This document shows positions 22,163 through 32,284 of a stretch of DNA of 64,000 nucleotides, piece by piece. Source of the stretch: an uncultured Clostridium sp. (GTDB lineage Bacteria > Bacillota > Clostridia > TANB77 > CAG-508); assembly GCA_945877035.1 (NCBI GenBank), contig CAMCQH010000002.1, forward strand, positions 29,197-93,196, written 5' to 3'. The notes below the pieces were generated by a model. The model was not told the origin of the DNA. It searched no databases and saw nothing but the letters and a program-made list of their open reading frames with translations. Numbering within the stretch: position 1 is the first letter of the stretch; each line of letters starts with the position of its first letter. Both the position numbers and the translations under genes were made by a program.

Positions 22163-22865
22163 AAAAATTGCAAATCAAATTACTAATAAAGTTTTAAGTA
22201 TGATATTTGACCAAAAAGTTTCTTTTCCAATTGATACTATCCTTTCTAAATTTGCTTTTGATGTTAAGCTTCCTAAAAAAGTTTTTGATAGTATAACAGG
22301 ACAAGAAACTTGGACATCAAATATTAATAGTACTAGCTTTATTACACAGTCAAATATGGAAAAATATGATGAAAAAAATGGTTGGCTATTGTCTAAAAGA
22401 AATGTAAGTAATTTAAAAGATATTTTAGAAATTTGGAAAAAGGTTAATTATACAACTACTGAAAGACAATATGATTGCATTAATGTTAGCCAATGTGACC
22501 CTATTTATAATTGTGAAAATGCTTTTCGTTGTACTGATTCACGAAGATGTAAAAATATTGTTTTTTGTGATGGATGTGATTCCTGTGAATTTTCTATTGC
22601 TTGCCAAAGAAGTGCTAATTGTAATTTTTGTTTGAGGGTTGATGATTCTGGGAATTGTACAAATAGCTATAATGTTATTTGCTCAAATGGTATTAGTAAT
22701 TCATTTTTTATTCAAGATTGTAGTAAATTGCATGAGTGTATTTTTTGCTCACATATTTCTAATAAAAAGTTCTGTATTGCTAATATGCAGTTTGAAGAAG
22801 ATGAATACTTTTTTATAAAAAAATATGTTGTGGAGTGGATTTTAAATAGTATTCAAAAAAAATAG
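22155..22865 (+). CDS. cysteine-rich protein with about 9 tandem C-x5 hexad repeats (18 Cys in the last 100 aa); overlaps the ATPase gene by 8 nt
   Basis: CINVSQ CDPIYN CENAFR CTDSRR CKNIVF CDGCDS CEFSIA CQRSAN CNFC… periodicity read from the translation. Confidence 0.6.
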   Translation: MDEKIANQITNKVLSMIFDQKVSFPIDTILSKFAFDVKLPKKVFDSITGQETWTSNINSTSFITQSNMEKYDEKNGWLLSKRNVSNLKDILEIWKKVNYTTTERQYDCINVSQCDPIYNCENAFRCTDSRRCKNIVFCDGCDSCEFSIACQRSANCNFCLRVDDSGNCTNSYNVICSNGISNSFFIQDCSKLHECIFCSHISNKKFCIANMQFEEDEYFFIKKYVVEWILNSIQKK

Positions 22866-22875
22866 TATATATATT

Positions 22876-22950
22876 TGGCTGGGGTGGTAGGATTCGAACC
22901 TACGCATCGATGGGTCAGAGCCATCTGCCTTACCGCTTGGCTACACCCCA
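22876..22950 (-). tRNA. tRNA-Gln (anticodon CTG)
   Basis: Cloverleaf folded by hand: acceptor TGGGGTG/CACCCCA, anticodon loop CTCTGAC, T-loop TTCGAAT, CCA end. Confidence 0.8.
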
Positions 22951-23041
22951 ATATCTTTTTTAATATTAGCACAATTTTTTAATTTTGTCCATAATTCAGC
23001 CAATAATTTTAAAGGGATTAATCTATTTTAACCCCTTTAAT

Positions 23042-23626
23042 TTATTCATATGTAAAAGTCATAAAATTAATATCATTGATATCACCATTATTATTGTTAA
23101 TATTATTGTCATCAATATTAACATTATTATCAATTAAAACGCCCGTATAGATTTCAAATTCTTCACTTTCTAATTTACCAGTATCAACAGCTGTTCCCTC
23201 TAAAATATCTACTTTTAAAACTCCATTCCCCTCTAAATTTGTCAATTCAATTTGATATATTCCACCATCTGTTATATCCTCAATTTTATCAGATTTTATA
23301 CTTACATAATCCACATATTCATCATTAATTTTTATATTTAAGTAGTCATTATTTAAAAATACTTCTTTTAAATTTCTATCAGTAATTTTAATTTTTATTG
23401 TAATAATATCTGATTTATTGGCATGTTCTTTATTAGTTGTGTTACTGTTTTCGATGCTTAATAATTCTATTTTAGGTTTTGTTCTATCTATGTTAAGTTT
23501 TGCTACTTCAAATTGATATTGAAATATATATTTAGCTTGTATAGTGCTAGATATAGAAATTATAAGCATGTTTACTATTAGCATAATTAATAATTTTATA
23601 TATATTTTATTTTTTATATTTGTCAC
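23042..23626 (-). CDS. membrane-anchored secreted hypothetical protein
   Basis: N-terminal hydrophobic anchor; Asn/Asp-rich. Confidence 0.4.
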   Translation of the reverse strand: MTNIKNKIYIKLLIMLIVNMLIISISSTIQAKYIFQYQFEVAKLNIDRTKPKIELLSIENSNTTNKEHANKSDIITIKIKITDRNLKEVFLNNDYLNIKINDEYVDYVSIKSDKIEDITDGGIYQIELTNLEGNGVLKVDILEGTAVDTGKLESEEFEIYTGVLIDNNVNIDDNNINNNNGDINDINFMTFTYE

Positions 23627-23668
23627 CTCCTAATATTTTGAATAACACTCTTCAGTCCATTTAATTTT

Positions 23669-24238
23669 TTATATTTTTACTTGTTCTGAATAAACTCTTA
23701 CTTGAATTTTTTCCATAATATCATTTATTGTATTTGAATCATCTTTATTATATGTTATTTTTATTTTGTACTCTCTTTCTTCCTTTTTGTCTTTTGAAAT
23801 TTGCATATAATCAGTTTTATTGTTATTCAAGTTGATTTTATTTTCATTTTCATAAAGCTCTATATTTACTAAATCATTTTCATTGTGCAAAATTTCAATA
23901 TAATACTTTAAATCAGTTTGTGTAACTTGATTTTCTTCATTGTAATTTTTCACTTTAAAAGTATATGTTCCAGTGTTATTTAAAGCAGTTATATCTATAC
24001 TTGGATTATTTTCTACCACTAAAATCGGCTCTGCTATTTCTGTTTTACTTTTTATAATGAATTCCTCTATTGATTTTCCCATACTATAACCACAAAATAG
24101 TAGCACACTTATTATGGCAATTATTAAAATTGTTGTTAATAATTTTGCTCCTTTTTCATATGTTGTATTTTGTTTATATAGCTTTCCTTTACTTATTATA
24201 GGTAAATTTGAATATTTTATATTATCTTTTTTATTCAT
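23669..24238 (-). CDS. membrane-anchored hypothetical protein
   Basis: Single TM helix after a basic N-terminus. Confidence 0.4.
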   Translation of the reverse strand: MNKKDNIKYSNLPIISKGKLYKQNTTYEKGAKLLTTILIIAIISVLLFCGYSMGKSIEEFIIKSKTEIAEPILVVENNPSIDITALNNTGTYTFKVKNYNEENQVTQTDLKYYIEILHNENDLVNIELYENENKINLNNNKTDYMQISKDKKEEREYKIKITYNKDDSNTINDIMEKIQVRVYSEQVKI

Positions 24239-24323
24239 AAAGTCTCCTCTCTAAATCTTTATATTTATGTCTTTATATTTTTATTTTATATAATTTCATT
24301 TTCATATTTTTTATTTTTTTCTA

Positions 24324-24917
24324 TTAGCTCTGTGGCTCAATTTGTGTACCTGTTATAATTATATCAAATGTATAATCATTTATTTCTTTAGCATTTTGAG
24401 TGTCTATTGCATCACTTTTAGAGATTTCTTCAGCTGTTGTTCCTGTTTCATATTTCCAATTCCACCCAATTATTAAATCTTTTACTTTATTTTCATCATT
24501 TGCATTTATTACACCTGTTAAATCTTCTTGTAAATCTGATAATGTATTATATGTTTTTCTATCATATACAAACTTTAAATTTGTAGGTTTTGGAGATTCA
24601 TTTTCAAATTTTATAACATAATTAATACCAACTTCTAGACCTGTTGCATCTAATTTTATATGAAACTCTCCTTCTGTTCCTGGAGCTATTTTGTTATCTA
24701 ATAAACTTGAATTATTCATTGTAGATTTTAGTGATATTGTTTGCAATTTTTCTTCATTTTCATTCACTTTAAAACTCCAGCTTGCAATATTCGCAGTCCC
24801 TTTTCCCATGATTTTAGACATATATCTTGCAAATGTTTGTCCTCCTACAAATGACAATACTATTGCAATTATTGCAATAACTATTAATACTATTTTCTTT
24901 TTCTTGTTCAATAGCAT
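24324..24917 (-). CDS. TasA/CalY (camelysin)-like secreted protein with a SipW-cognate-type signal peptide
   Basis: Signal peptide ending …LSFVGGQTFARY, compared with TasA …LVGGGTWAAF. Confidence 0.6.
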   Translation of the reverse strand: MLLNKKKKIVLIVIAIIAIVLSFVGGQTFARYMSKIMGKGTANIASWSFKVNENEEKLQTISLKSTMNNSSLLDNKIAPGTEGEFHIKLDATGLEVGINYVIKFENESPKPTNLKFVYDRKTYNTLSDLQEDLTGVINANDENKVKDLIIGWNWKYETGTTAEEISKSDAIDTQNAKEINDYTFDIIITGTQIEPQS

Positions 24918-25170
24918 TCCTCCCTTATATTCAATTTTTGTTTTTTGGATTTTTTAATTTGATTTTCTGATTTAAGCAAAGTTCTCCTGAACTGCTTTTT
25001 GAATTAAATTTTATAAAAAATATGAAAATGTGATTAGATTATACTTCCAAAAAGGCTATTTGTCAACAAAAACTTTTCGACAAAAAATGACAAAACTGTT
25101 TTCAGTTACAGTTCAGTCTTAATTTTATAGAGTAGTTCTAAATGCCTTACTGAACTGTAATGTTTTTTTC

Positions 25171-25557
25171 TCATTTTCTATTTACCCCTATTATTCCTCC
25201 TAAAATTCCAAATACGACCGCTGTAATAATCATTATAACTGATTGTATATTTAATGAAAATTTCCAATTTAAAATACTAGATATTAAATAAATTGTTATA
25301 ATGTAAATTCCACCTATTAGTCCACCATTAATTAAACCGTTTTTCTTTATTTTTATATTTACCAAAGAGCTTCCTATTAATATGCTTATTGCTGTTATTA
25401 TCATTATTACTGGATTTATTGCACTTTCTTGTATGTTTGTATATGTTAGTATTATTGAAAATATTATTAGCATAATTACTGTTGCTATTAGTGAAATTCC
25501 AACTCCTTTTAAGATGTTTATTAGCGTTTTATTTTCATTTACTTGCATATTTTCCAT
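25171..25557 (-). CDS. small 4-TM membrane protein (TIGR04086-like)
   Basis: 128 aa, four predicted TM helices, Gly-rich; sits next to the TasA-like genes. Confidence 0.5.
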   Translation of the reverse strand: MENMQVNENKTLINILKGVGISLIATVIMLIIFSIILTYTNIQESAINPVIMIITAISILIGSSLVNIKIKKNGLINGGLIGGIYIITIYLISSILNWKFSLNIQSVIMIITAVVFGILGGIIGVNRK

Positions 25558-25751
25558 AATATTTCCTCCAAAATTTTATTTACTAAATTATATTAGATAA
25601 TTATTTTAAATATGCATTTTTTCGAACCAATTGAAGATAAAATAATAATTTTGTTTTTATATTACGCTTATAAATTAAACAAGTTTTGGAAAAGTTGACA
25701 CATTTTGAAAAAAATATAAGACCTTCAATTTCTTGAAAGTCTTGATATTAT

Positions 25752-25826
25752 TGGCTGGGCTGGCTAGATTCGAACTAGCGCATGCCAGAGTCAAAGTCTG
25801 GTGCCTTACCGCTTGGCTACAGCCCA
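25752..25826 (-). tRNA. tRNA-Gln (anticodon TTG)
   Basis: Hand-folded cloverleaf; anticodon loop CTTTGAC. Confidence 0.8.
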
Positions 25827-25841
25827 ATATATAAATAAAAC

Positions 25842-25919
25842 TGGGGTGGAAGATGGGACTCGAACCCACGGTCTCCAGTGCCACAAACTGGCGCGTTAAC
25901 CAACTACGCTACATCCACC
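25842..25919 (-). tRNA. tRNA-His (anticodon GTG) with extra 5-prime G
   Basis: GGTGGATGTAGC…; anticodon loop TTGTGGC; G-1 typical of tRNA-His. Confidence 0.75.
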
Positions 25920-26057
25920 ATGGCTTCCGTGCTTGTTTTCTTGGCACTTTTATATTTTAACTCATTTTCCCCACATTTGTCAACCCCTATTTTTATATTT
26001 TTCATTAAAAAATCCGAAAAATTTAAGAAGTGCCCATACAGACACTTCTTATAGTAA

Positions 26058-27452
26058 TTATTCAGATTTATACACTACTATTGGCATTTCCTTATTAATG
26101 ATTTCATAAATTTTTTCAGCAGCCTCAAACGGAAGATTTATGCAACCATGAGAACCATTATTAATATAAATGTCACCTCCAAAAGTATTTCTCCAACTTG
26201 CATCATGTAAACCTATGCCTCCATTAAAAGGCATCCAATAATCTACATGTGACTGATATGAATAGCTGCCATTTGGCAATTTATCTCCTCTTAATATTCT
26301 ATCTTTTTCTTTATAAGTAAGAGTATAAATACCAGTTGGAGTTTCATGCCCTTTGTTTATACATCCAGTTACACAGTCTGTTTCAACTTCAAGATTTCCA
26401 TCTACATATACCCAAACTTTTTGTCTACTCAAATCAATTTCTATATAAGATTTTCCTAAAACATTATTTTTAGTAGATACTTCCTTTTTGGTATAGCAAG
26501 GTTCTCTAGTTACTTTTTCTTGATTTGATAATTCTTCCTTTAATTTTTCAATTTCTGCCGTTGTATTAATTTGATACCCATAATTGCCTCCCTTTACTGA
26601 AATGGTAGAATCTTTACCTGTTGGCTTAAATTTTCTCGTTATTCCAGTAGTGTCAACCAAGGGAGCTAACTTATCTGTAACAAATTTCTCAACATTTTGA
26701 TTCCAAAAATCATCATCTTTAAAATAGTTTCCATCTTTATCTTGTGCAAGCCAAGTATATAATGTATTAGCACTTAACTCATATTCTTCTCTCTTTGGAA
26801 GTTGATAGGTTATTTTTGCACTTATAAATGAATTTAGCTCTTCTAAAGTTGAATCTTTTTTGGGAAAAGCATACAAATTTTGCATTGAAATGCTAGTTTT
26901 GCCTTCTTCAATTGCTTTTGAGACTTCTTTCAGTACCTTTTTTAAATTCAAATAATAAACATCTTGTTCTTTTATTTCAAACCGTTTACTCTTTGTATTA
27001 AAATAGTACTTTATTTTTGTCTTTTCTTTCATGTAATCTTTTTTCAATTCTTTCTTACTTGAAAGCAATTTTTTTAGCTTACTAGTGTCATACGAAAAAT
27101 TATCTAAATTATGTGTTCCCCCTGTTAAAAATATCCTTCTTCTTTGCCGCTCTTTAATGCTGTGTAACTCTTGGTCCAAATTTTTAATTGTAAGTTTAAT
27201 TTCCTCTCCTGAAATTTTTTCTACTTCATTATCCTTAAAAACAATTTCAAGAACATACTTATCTTCCTTTTGTTGAATTACTTCATTTGCTTCTTCAACT
27301 GTCATTGATGAACAGTCTATTCCATTAATAATTGTATTGTTACAAAAAACGTTTTCATACTTATATCTTATTATGATATATCCAATAAGAATGATAAGTA
27401 TAAGTACCTCTAGCAATAAAATAGTAACCTTTCTCCTTGCTCTCCGCTTCAT
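26058..27452 (-). CDS. L,D-transpeptidase (YkuD) family protein with N-terminal TM anchor
   Basis: C-terminal catalytic motif …HDASWRNTFGG…SHGCINL. Confidence 0.8.
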   Translation of the reverse strand: MKRRARRKVTILLLEVLILIILIGYIIIRYKYENVFCNNTIINGIDCSSMTVEEANEVIQQKEDKYVLEIVFKDNEVEKISGEEIKLTIKNLDQELHSIKERQRRRIFLTGGTHNLDNFSYDTSKLKKLLSSKKELKKDYMKEKTKIKYYFNTKSKRFEIKEQDVYYLNLKKVLKEVSKAIEEGKTSISMQNLYAFPKKDSTLEELNSFISAKITYQLPKREEYELSANTLYTWLAQDKDGNYFKDDDFWNQNVEKFVTDKLAPLVDTTGITRKFKPTGKDSTISVKGGNYGYQINTTAEIEKLKEELSNQEKVTREPCYTKKEVSTKNNVLGKSYIEIDLSRQKVWVYVDGNLEVETDCVTGCINKGHETPTGIYTLTYKEKDRILRGDKLPNGSYSYQSHVDYWMPFNGGIGLHDASWRNTFGGDIYINNGSHGCINLPFEAAEKIYEIINKEMPIVVYKSE

Positions 27453-27634
27453 ATAAATCCTCCTCTTTCATTTTTTTGAATAAAATATTCCTTTTATTCT
27501 TTATATAATGGCACTTTATCCATTATATATTCAATTTTACATAAAGTCAATATTTATTTGACTTATTATTATAATGTATGTATAATTAATATTAATATGC
27601 CAATGGCAAATTATTTAAGAAAAGAGTGTTTTAC

Positions 27635-30001
27635 ATGTTAAATTATTTAGAAAAATTAGAATATAATAAAATTTTAGAAAAACTATCAAGCTATGCAATA
27701 ACATATTTAGGAAAAAATTTATGTCTAAACCTACTCCCTTCTAGCAATAAAGAGGAAGTAAAAAATATGTTAAAAGAAACTGAAGAGGCTGTAAATCTTC
27801 TATACAGATGTAATACTCCTCCAATTTCTGAAATAGCTGATAATACAATTAATATAAAAACAATTGAATCATATGGAACACTTTCAATAAAATCAATTTT
27901 AGAATTAGCTAATATATTAAAGATTTCAGAAGATTTAAAAAAATATTTTTCTGCTGATTTTATTGATGCTAATGAATTTTTATGCTTGAAGGATATTTTT
28001 TCTAATTTATATTCGAATACATCAATTACTGAAAAAATATCAAAATGTATAATTGATGAAAATAACATTGATGATAAAGCTTCAAAAGAATTAGCAAATA
28101 TAAGAAAAAAACAAAGAAATATTGAGCAAGATATAAAATCAAAACTAAATACATTTCTTCATTCTTCAACATATTCAAAATACATTCAAGAAAATGTTGT
28201 TACAATTAGAAATGATAGATATGTAATTCCTGTTAAAGAAGAATATAGAAGCCAAATAAAAGGATTCGTACATGATATTTCAAGTTCAGGATCTACTGTA
28301 TTTATAGAACCAATTTCTGTTTTTGAATTGAATAACGAAATTGCAAATTTAAAAATTGAAGAAAATTTAGAAATTGAAAAAATATTACAAAATTTAAGTA
28401 AGTTATTTTATCCTTATGCAGAAGAAATAAAAAAAGATATTGTATGTATTGGACAACTAGATTTTATATTTGCAAAGGCTAAATATTCTAGAGCTATCAA
28501 GGGAATTACTCCTTTAATAAATGATAATAAAGAAATTAAATTAATAAATGCAAAACATCCATTACTTGACCAAAATATTGCTGTCCCAATATCACTTGAA
28601 TTAGGAACAAGTTTTAATACTTTAGTAATTACTGGTCCAAATACAGGTGGAAAAACAGTAACTTTAAAAACAATTGGACTTTTAACTGCAATGGCTTGTA
28701 GTGGTCTTAATATTCCAGCTCAGGAGAAAACTTCTATATATGTTTTTGATAAAATATTTGCTGATATTGGTGATGACCAAAGCATTTCCGATTCACTTAG
28801 TACTTTTTCATCACATATGAAAAATATTGTTGATATTGTAAATAATGCTACTGAAAATTCATTAATTTTGGTTGATGAGTTAGGTTCTGGTACTGACCCA
28901 ATTGAAGGTGCTTCACTTGCAATTAGCATTTTAGATTACTTTAAAAATAATCAGTCATTGACTGTTGCAACTACACACTATCAGGAATTAAAAAAATATG
29001 CTTTAGTAACTGATGACTTTGAAAATGCATCTGTTGAATTTGATATAGAAACACTTTCCCCTACTTATCACCTTTTAATTGGTGTTCCTGGAAAAAGTAA
29101 TGCTTTTGAAATTAGTAAAAAACTTGGACTTTCAGAAAATATTATTGATAAAGCAAAATCAAATTTAAATAAAAAAGATGTTGATTTTGAAGAACTGCTT
29201 AAAAACATTTATGATAATAAATCTGCAATAGAAAATGAAAAAATAGAAATTTCAAAAAAATTAGAAGATGTTTCTAAGTTGAAAAAATCTCTTGAAAAAG
29301 ATAATTCTAAATTGTTAGAGCAAGAACAAGAAATTATAAATAATGCAAAAATTGAGGCCAGAAATATTTTGCTAGATGCTAAAGAAGAAGCTTCTTCAAT
29401 TATTTCTAAAATGAATCAAATTAAAATTTCTAATAGTTCTAATATCGAACTAAATAATTTGAGAAATCAATTGAATACAGATATTAAAAATATTTCTATT
29501 ACTTCCACTAATGAAAATAATAACCTTTCAAAAAATTTATTAGATGTAAAGGACATTAAACCAAATACAGAAGTTTTTGTTTCTTCTCTGGGACAAAATG
29601 GTATTATAGTTTCAAATATTTCTAAATCAAATGAATTTCAAGTTCAAATTGGAAGTATGAAAATGAGCATAAATATCAAGTATTTAGAAAAAGTAAAGAA
29701 TTCTAATAAGAAATCTAACTCTACTGTGTCTTATAATTCTGTTTCTAAAACTAGAACTGCTAAGCCTGAAATAAATGTTATTGGATTTAATATTGATGAA
29801 GCAATTCCTGTTGTTGACAAATTTTTAGATGATTGCTATTTAGCAAAACTTCAAACAGTAAGAATCGTTCATGGTAAAGGCACTGGAAAATTGCGTGAAG
29901 GTATTCATAAATTTTTAAAGACAAATTCTCATGTTAAGTCTTTTAGAATTGGTACTTTTGGTGAAGGCGAAATGGGAGTTACAGTTGTAGAATTAAAATG
30001 A
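27635..30001 (+). CDS. mutS2: endonuclease MutS2
   Basis: MutS ATPase motif GPNTGGKT and C-terminal Smr domain. The ORF could alternatively start at GTG 27626. Confidence 0.9.
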   Translation: MLNYLEKLEYNKILEKLSSYAITYLGKNLCLNLLPSSNKEEVKNMLKETEEAVNLLYRCNTPPISEIADNTINIKTIESYGTLSIKSILELANILKISEDLKKYFSADFIDANEFLCLKDIFSNLYSNTSITEKISKCIIDENNIDDKASKELANIRKKQRNIEQDIKSKLNTFLHSSTYSKYIQENVVTIRNDRYVIPVKEEYRSQIKGFVHDISSSGSTVFIEPISVFELNNEIANLKIEENLEIEKILQNLSKLFYPYAEEIKKDIVCIGQLDFIFAKAKYSRAIKGITPLINDNKEIKLINAKHPLLDQNIAVPISLELGTSFNTLVITGPNTGGKTVTLKTIGLLTAMACSGLNIPAQEKTSIYVFDKIFADIGDDQSISDSLSTFSSHMKNIVDIVNNATENSLILVDELGSGTDPIEGASLAISILDYFKNNQSLTVATTHYQELKKYALVTDDFENASVEFDIETLSPTYHLLIGVPGKSNAFEISKKLGLSENIIDKAKSNLNKKDVDFEELLKNIYDNKSAIENEKIEISKKLEDVSKLKKSLEKDNSKLLEQEQEIINNAKIEARNILLDAKEEASSIISKMNQIKISNSSNIELNNLRNQLNTDIKNISITSTNENNNLSKNLLDVKDIKPNTEVFVSSLGQNGIIVSNISKSNEFQVQIGSMKMSINIKYLEKVKNSNKKSNSTVSYNSVSKTRTAKPEINVIGFNIDEAIPVVDKFLDDCYLAKLQTVRIVHGKGTGKLREGIHKFLKTNSHVKSFRIGTFGEGEMGVTVVELK

Positions 30002-30003
30002 AT

Positions 30004-30108
30004 GGGTCAAAAGGGACGCCCTTTTTTGACCCAAAAACATAAATTTTTATTTAATTAATTTGACATATATAAAATTGGGTCAAAAAGGGGCGTCCCTTCT
30101 GACCCAAT
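30004..30108. terminator. two palindromic hairpins between convergent mutS2 and the dCMP deaminase gene (GGGTCAAAAGGGACGCCCTTTTTTGACCC; GGGTCAAAAAGGGGCGTCCCTTCTGACCC)
   Basis: Seen in sequence; GGGACG-core family. Confidence 0.6.
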
Positions 30109-30112
30109 TTCT

Positions 30113-30622
30113 TTATTTCAATTCTATCTCTATTTTCTTACTTTCTTTTAGTTCTATTTTTCTATATTTAACGCCACAACTATCAAACAACTTTCTTGAA
30201 GCAATATTATTTTCTGAAGTTGCATACTTGTCAGATAAATAAACTACCTCTTTAATTCCAGACTGAATAATAATTTTAGCACATTCATTGCAAGGAAATA
30301 AATCTACATATATTTTAGCGTTTTCTAAATCTTTTTTACTACCTCTATAATTTAAAATTGCATTCATTTCTGCATGACATACATATGGATATTTTGTATC
30401 TAAATTAGCTCCTTCTCTTGCCCATGGAAATTCATCATCATTAAATCCATTTGGTGCTCCATTATATCCTATTGATAAAATTCTATTATCATTACTTACT
30501 ATACATGCACCAACTTGAGTTGATGGGTCTTTGCTTCTCATTGCTGATAATTTTGCTATTGCCATAAAATATTCTTCCCAGCTTATATAATTTTCTCTTT
30601 TTTTATTTGAATTAGTATCCAT
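30113..30622 (-). CDS. dCMP deaminase (ComEB-like)
   Basis: Zinc-binding motifs HAEMNAI and PCNECAK. Confidence 0.85.
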   Translation of the reverse strand: MDTNSNKKRENYISWEEYFMAIAKLSAMRSKDPSTQVGACIVSNDNRILSIGYNGAPNGFNDDEFPWAREGANLDTKYPYVCHAEMNAILNYRGSKKDLENAKIYVDLFPCNECAKIIIQSGIKEVVYLSDKYATSENNIASRKLFDSCGVKYRKIELKESKKIEIELK

Positions 30623-30691
30623 ATAATCTCCTCCTTATATGAACATATTACTACATAATTTGAAAAATATCAATATTTTACAGAAAAACTT

Positions 30692-30720
30692 GTCAAAAAA
30701 GGACGTCCCTTTTGACAAGT
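30692..30720. terminator. perfect palindrome CTTGTCAAAAAAGGACGTCCCTTTTGACAAG (GGGACG-core family)
   Basis: Seen in sequence. Confidence 0.55.
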
Positions 30721-30721
30721 T

Positions 30722-31720
30722 TTAGACAATATACATTATCTCATTATTAGGAAAGTATTTTTTCATCTGCTCTCTTAAAAATTTTTCACCATCTTCTCTA
30801 TACTGATTCTTATACATGTATTTTCCTTTTCCTCTACCAGTCATTAATTCCTTATTATACAGATTAATTGCATTTGGAAATGCCTCTTCATTTATTTTAG
30901 TATGAACAAAACTGTATGTCATAAAAATAATTTCAAAAAATACGTCTTTTTTTACCTTTTCTGTTAGATTTTCTGACAATTGTTTTATTAATTCTGAATA
31001 TAGTTCTTTCCAATTATCTATCATTATGACTGGTGCTATTAAAATTCCTATTTTATATCCCGCTTCTTTTAATTTATTTATTGCATCAATTCTACCTCTT
31101 AATCTTGATGTTCCAAATTCAACTCTATTTATAATTTGCTCTGGATTAATACTCATTCTAATTGTTACTTTTCCTTGATGCTCTATATCTAATATATCAT
31201 CTACCATATCAAATTTAGTTGGAAATGTTAAATGCCCTTTTGGTGAATTTTTAAAATTTTCAATAGTCCATGGCAAGTTTCCTGTTATTGTATTTTCTAA
31301 AATCAAATCACTATTGCTTCCTATTTCAAATGTTAAATCTTTTTCCGATTTATTCGCAACTTTTATTATCTTATCTAGCATTTGTTCTCTATTTACAAAC
31401 AGTCTTAAATATGCACATTTATTATAATTACATACCAAATAACAATACATGCATGCTGCTGTGCATCCTGATGATGTATATGGCACTAAATAATCTGATG
31501 TTTTATGGTTTTCTACAAATTTATGTGTTTTTCTTATTCCTATAATTAAATTTCTTTTCATGTCCATAAATTCGCTGTTTTGTTTTTTTCTCATTTCTTC
31601 TATATTATTATGATTTTCTATTTCTATTTTAGGTATTTCTTTATATTTTTCTAATAATTGTTTTCCTAATTCGTAATTTTCAATTTCTTTTTCAAAATAA
31701 ATAGCTTTAGGTTTAAACAT
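30722..31720 (-). CDS. splB: spore photoproduct lyase (radical SAM)
   Basis: CTAACMYC radical-SAM triad and end-to-end similarity to B. subtilis SplB (…GYKIGILIAPVIMIDNW…; C-terminus …NNEIMYIV). Confidence 0.85.
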   Translation of the reverse strand: MFKPKAIYFEKEIENYELGKQLLEKYKEIPKIEIENHNNIEEMRKKQNSEFMDMKRNLIIGIRKTHKFVENHKTSDYLVPYTSSGCTAACMYCYLVCNYNKCAYLRLFVNREQMLDKIIKVANKSEKDLTFEIGSNSDLILENTITGNLPWTIENFKNSPKGHLTFPTKFDMVDDILDIEHQGKVTIRMSINPEQIINRVEFGTSRLRGRIDAINKLKEAGYKIGILIAPVIMIDNWKELYSELIKQLSENLTEKVKKDVFFEIIFMTYSFVHTKINEEAFPNAINLYNKELMTGRGKGKYMYKNQYREDGEKFLREQMKKYFPNNEIMYIV

Positions 31721-31778
31721 AATTTTTCTCCCTTCATTGGATTATTATAATTAGTTTAACCTAAAGCTTTTGTTTTAT

Positions 31779-32267
31779 TTATTTTCTTACATAAGTTATA
31801 TATTCATAATCAAAATCATTTATTCCATCAGCTGGACCTTTTTCTCTGGATACTTCTTTCCATTCTTCTTCATTTATTTTTGGAAATATTGTATCTCCTT
31901 CAAAGTCTTTATCTAGTTGTGTTACATACATTTTTTTGCAATATGGCATTAATAAATTATAAATAATTGCTCCACCTATTACAAAATGTTCTTCTTCATC
32001 ATCAATATATTCTTGTAATTCTAGAAGAGAATGTACGACTTTTACATAGTCTGAATCTATATTGAAATCAGGATTTCTACTTAATATAATGTGCATTCTA
32101 TTTGGCAATATTCCACCTAAAGATTCAAATGTTTTTCTTCCCATTATCATTGTATGTCCTGTTGTTTTTTCTTTAAATCTTTTTAAATCATCTGGTAATT
32201 TCCAAAGCATGCTATTATCTTTCCCTATTACATTGTTTTTTGCTTTTGCTACTATTATACTTAACAT
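31779..32267 (-). CDS. folA: dihydrofolate reductase
   Basis: MLSIIVAKAKNNVIGKDNSMLWKLPDDLKRFKEKT… classic DHFR N-terminus. Confidence 0.88.
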   Translation of the reverse strand: MLSIIVAKAKNNVIGKDNSMLWKLPDDLKRFKEKTTGHTMIMGRKTFESLGGILPNRMHIILSRNPDFNIDSDYVKVVHSLLELQEYIDDEEEHFVIGGAIIYNLLMPYCKKMYVTQLDKDFEGDTIFPKINEEEWKEVSREKGPADGINDFDYEYITYVRK

Positions 32268-32284
32268 TTGTTTTTCTCCTATTC

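Noticed and set aside
22876-25826. The two tRNA-Gln genes as attL/attR duplications of an integrated island
   Set aside because: They differ in anticodon (CTG versus TTG) and at many stem positions, so they are true paralogs rather than a duplicated integration target.
25675-25884. 69-aa ORF overlapping tRNA-Gln and tRNA-His
   Set aside because: Lies entirely over two confidently folded tRNA genes.
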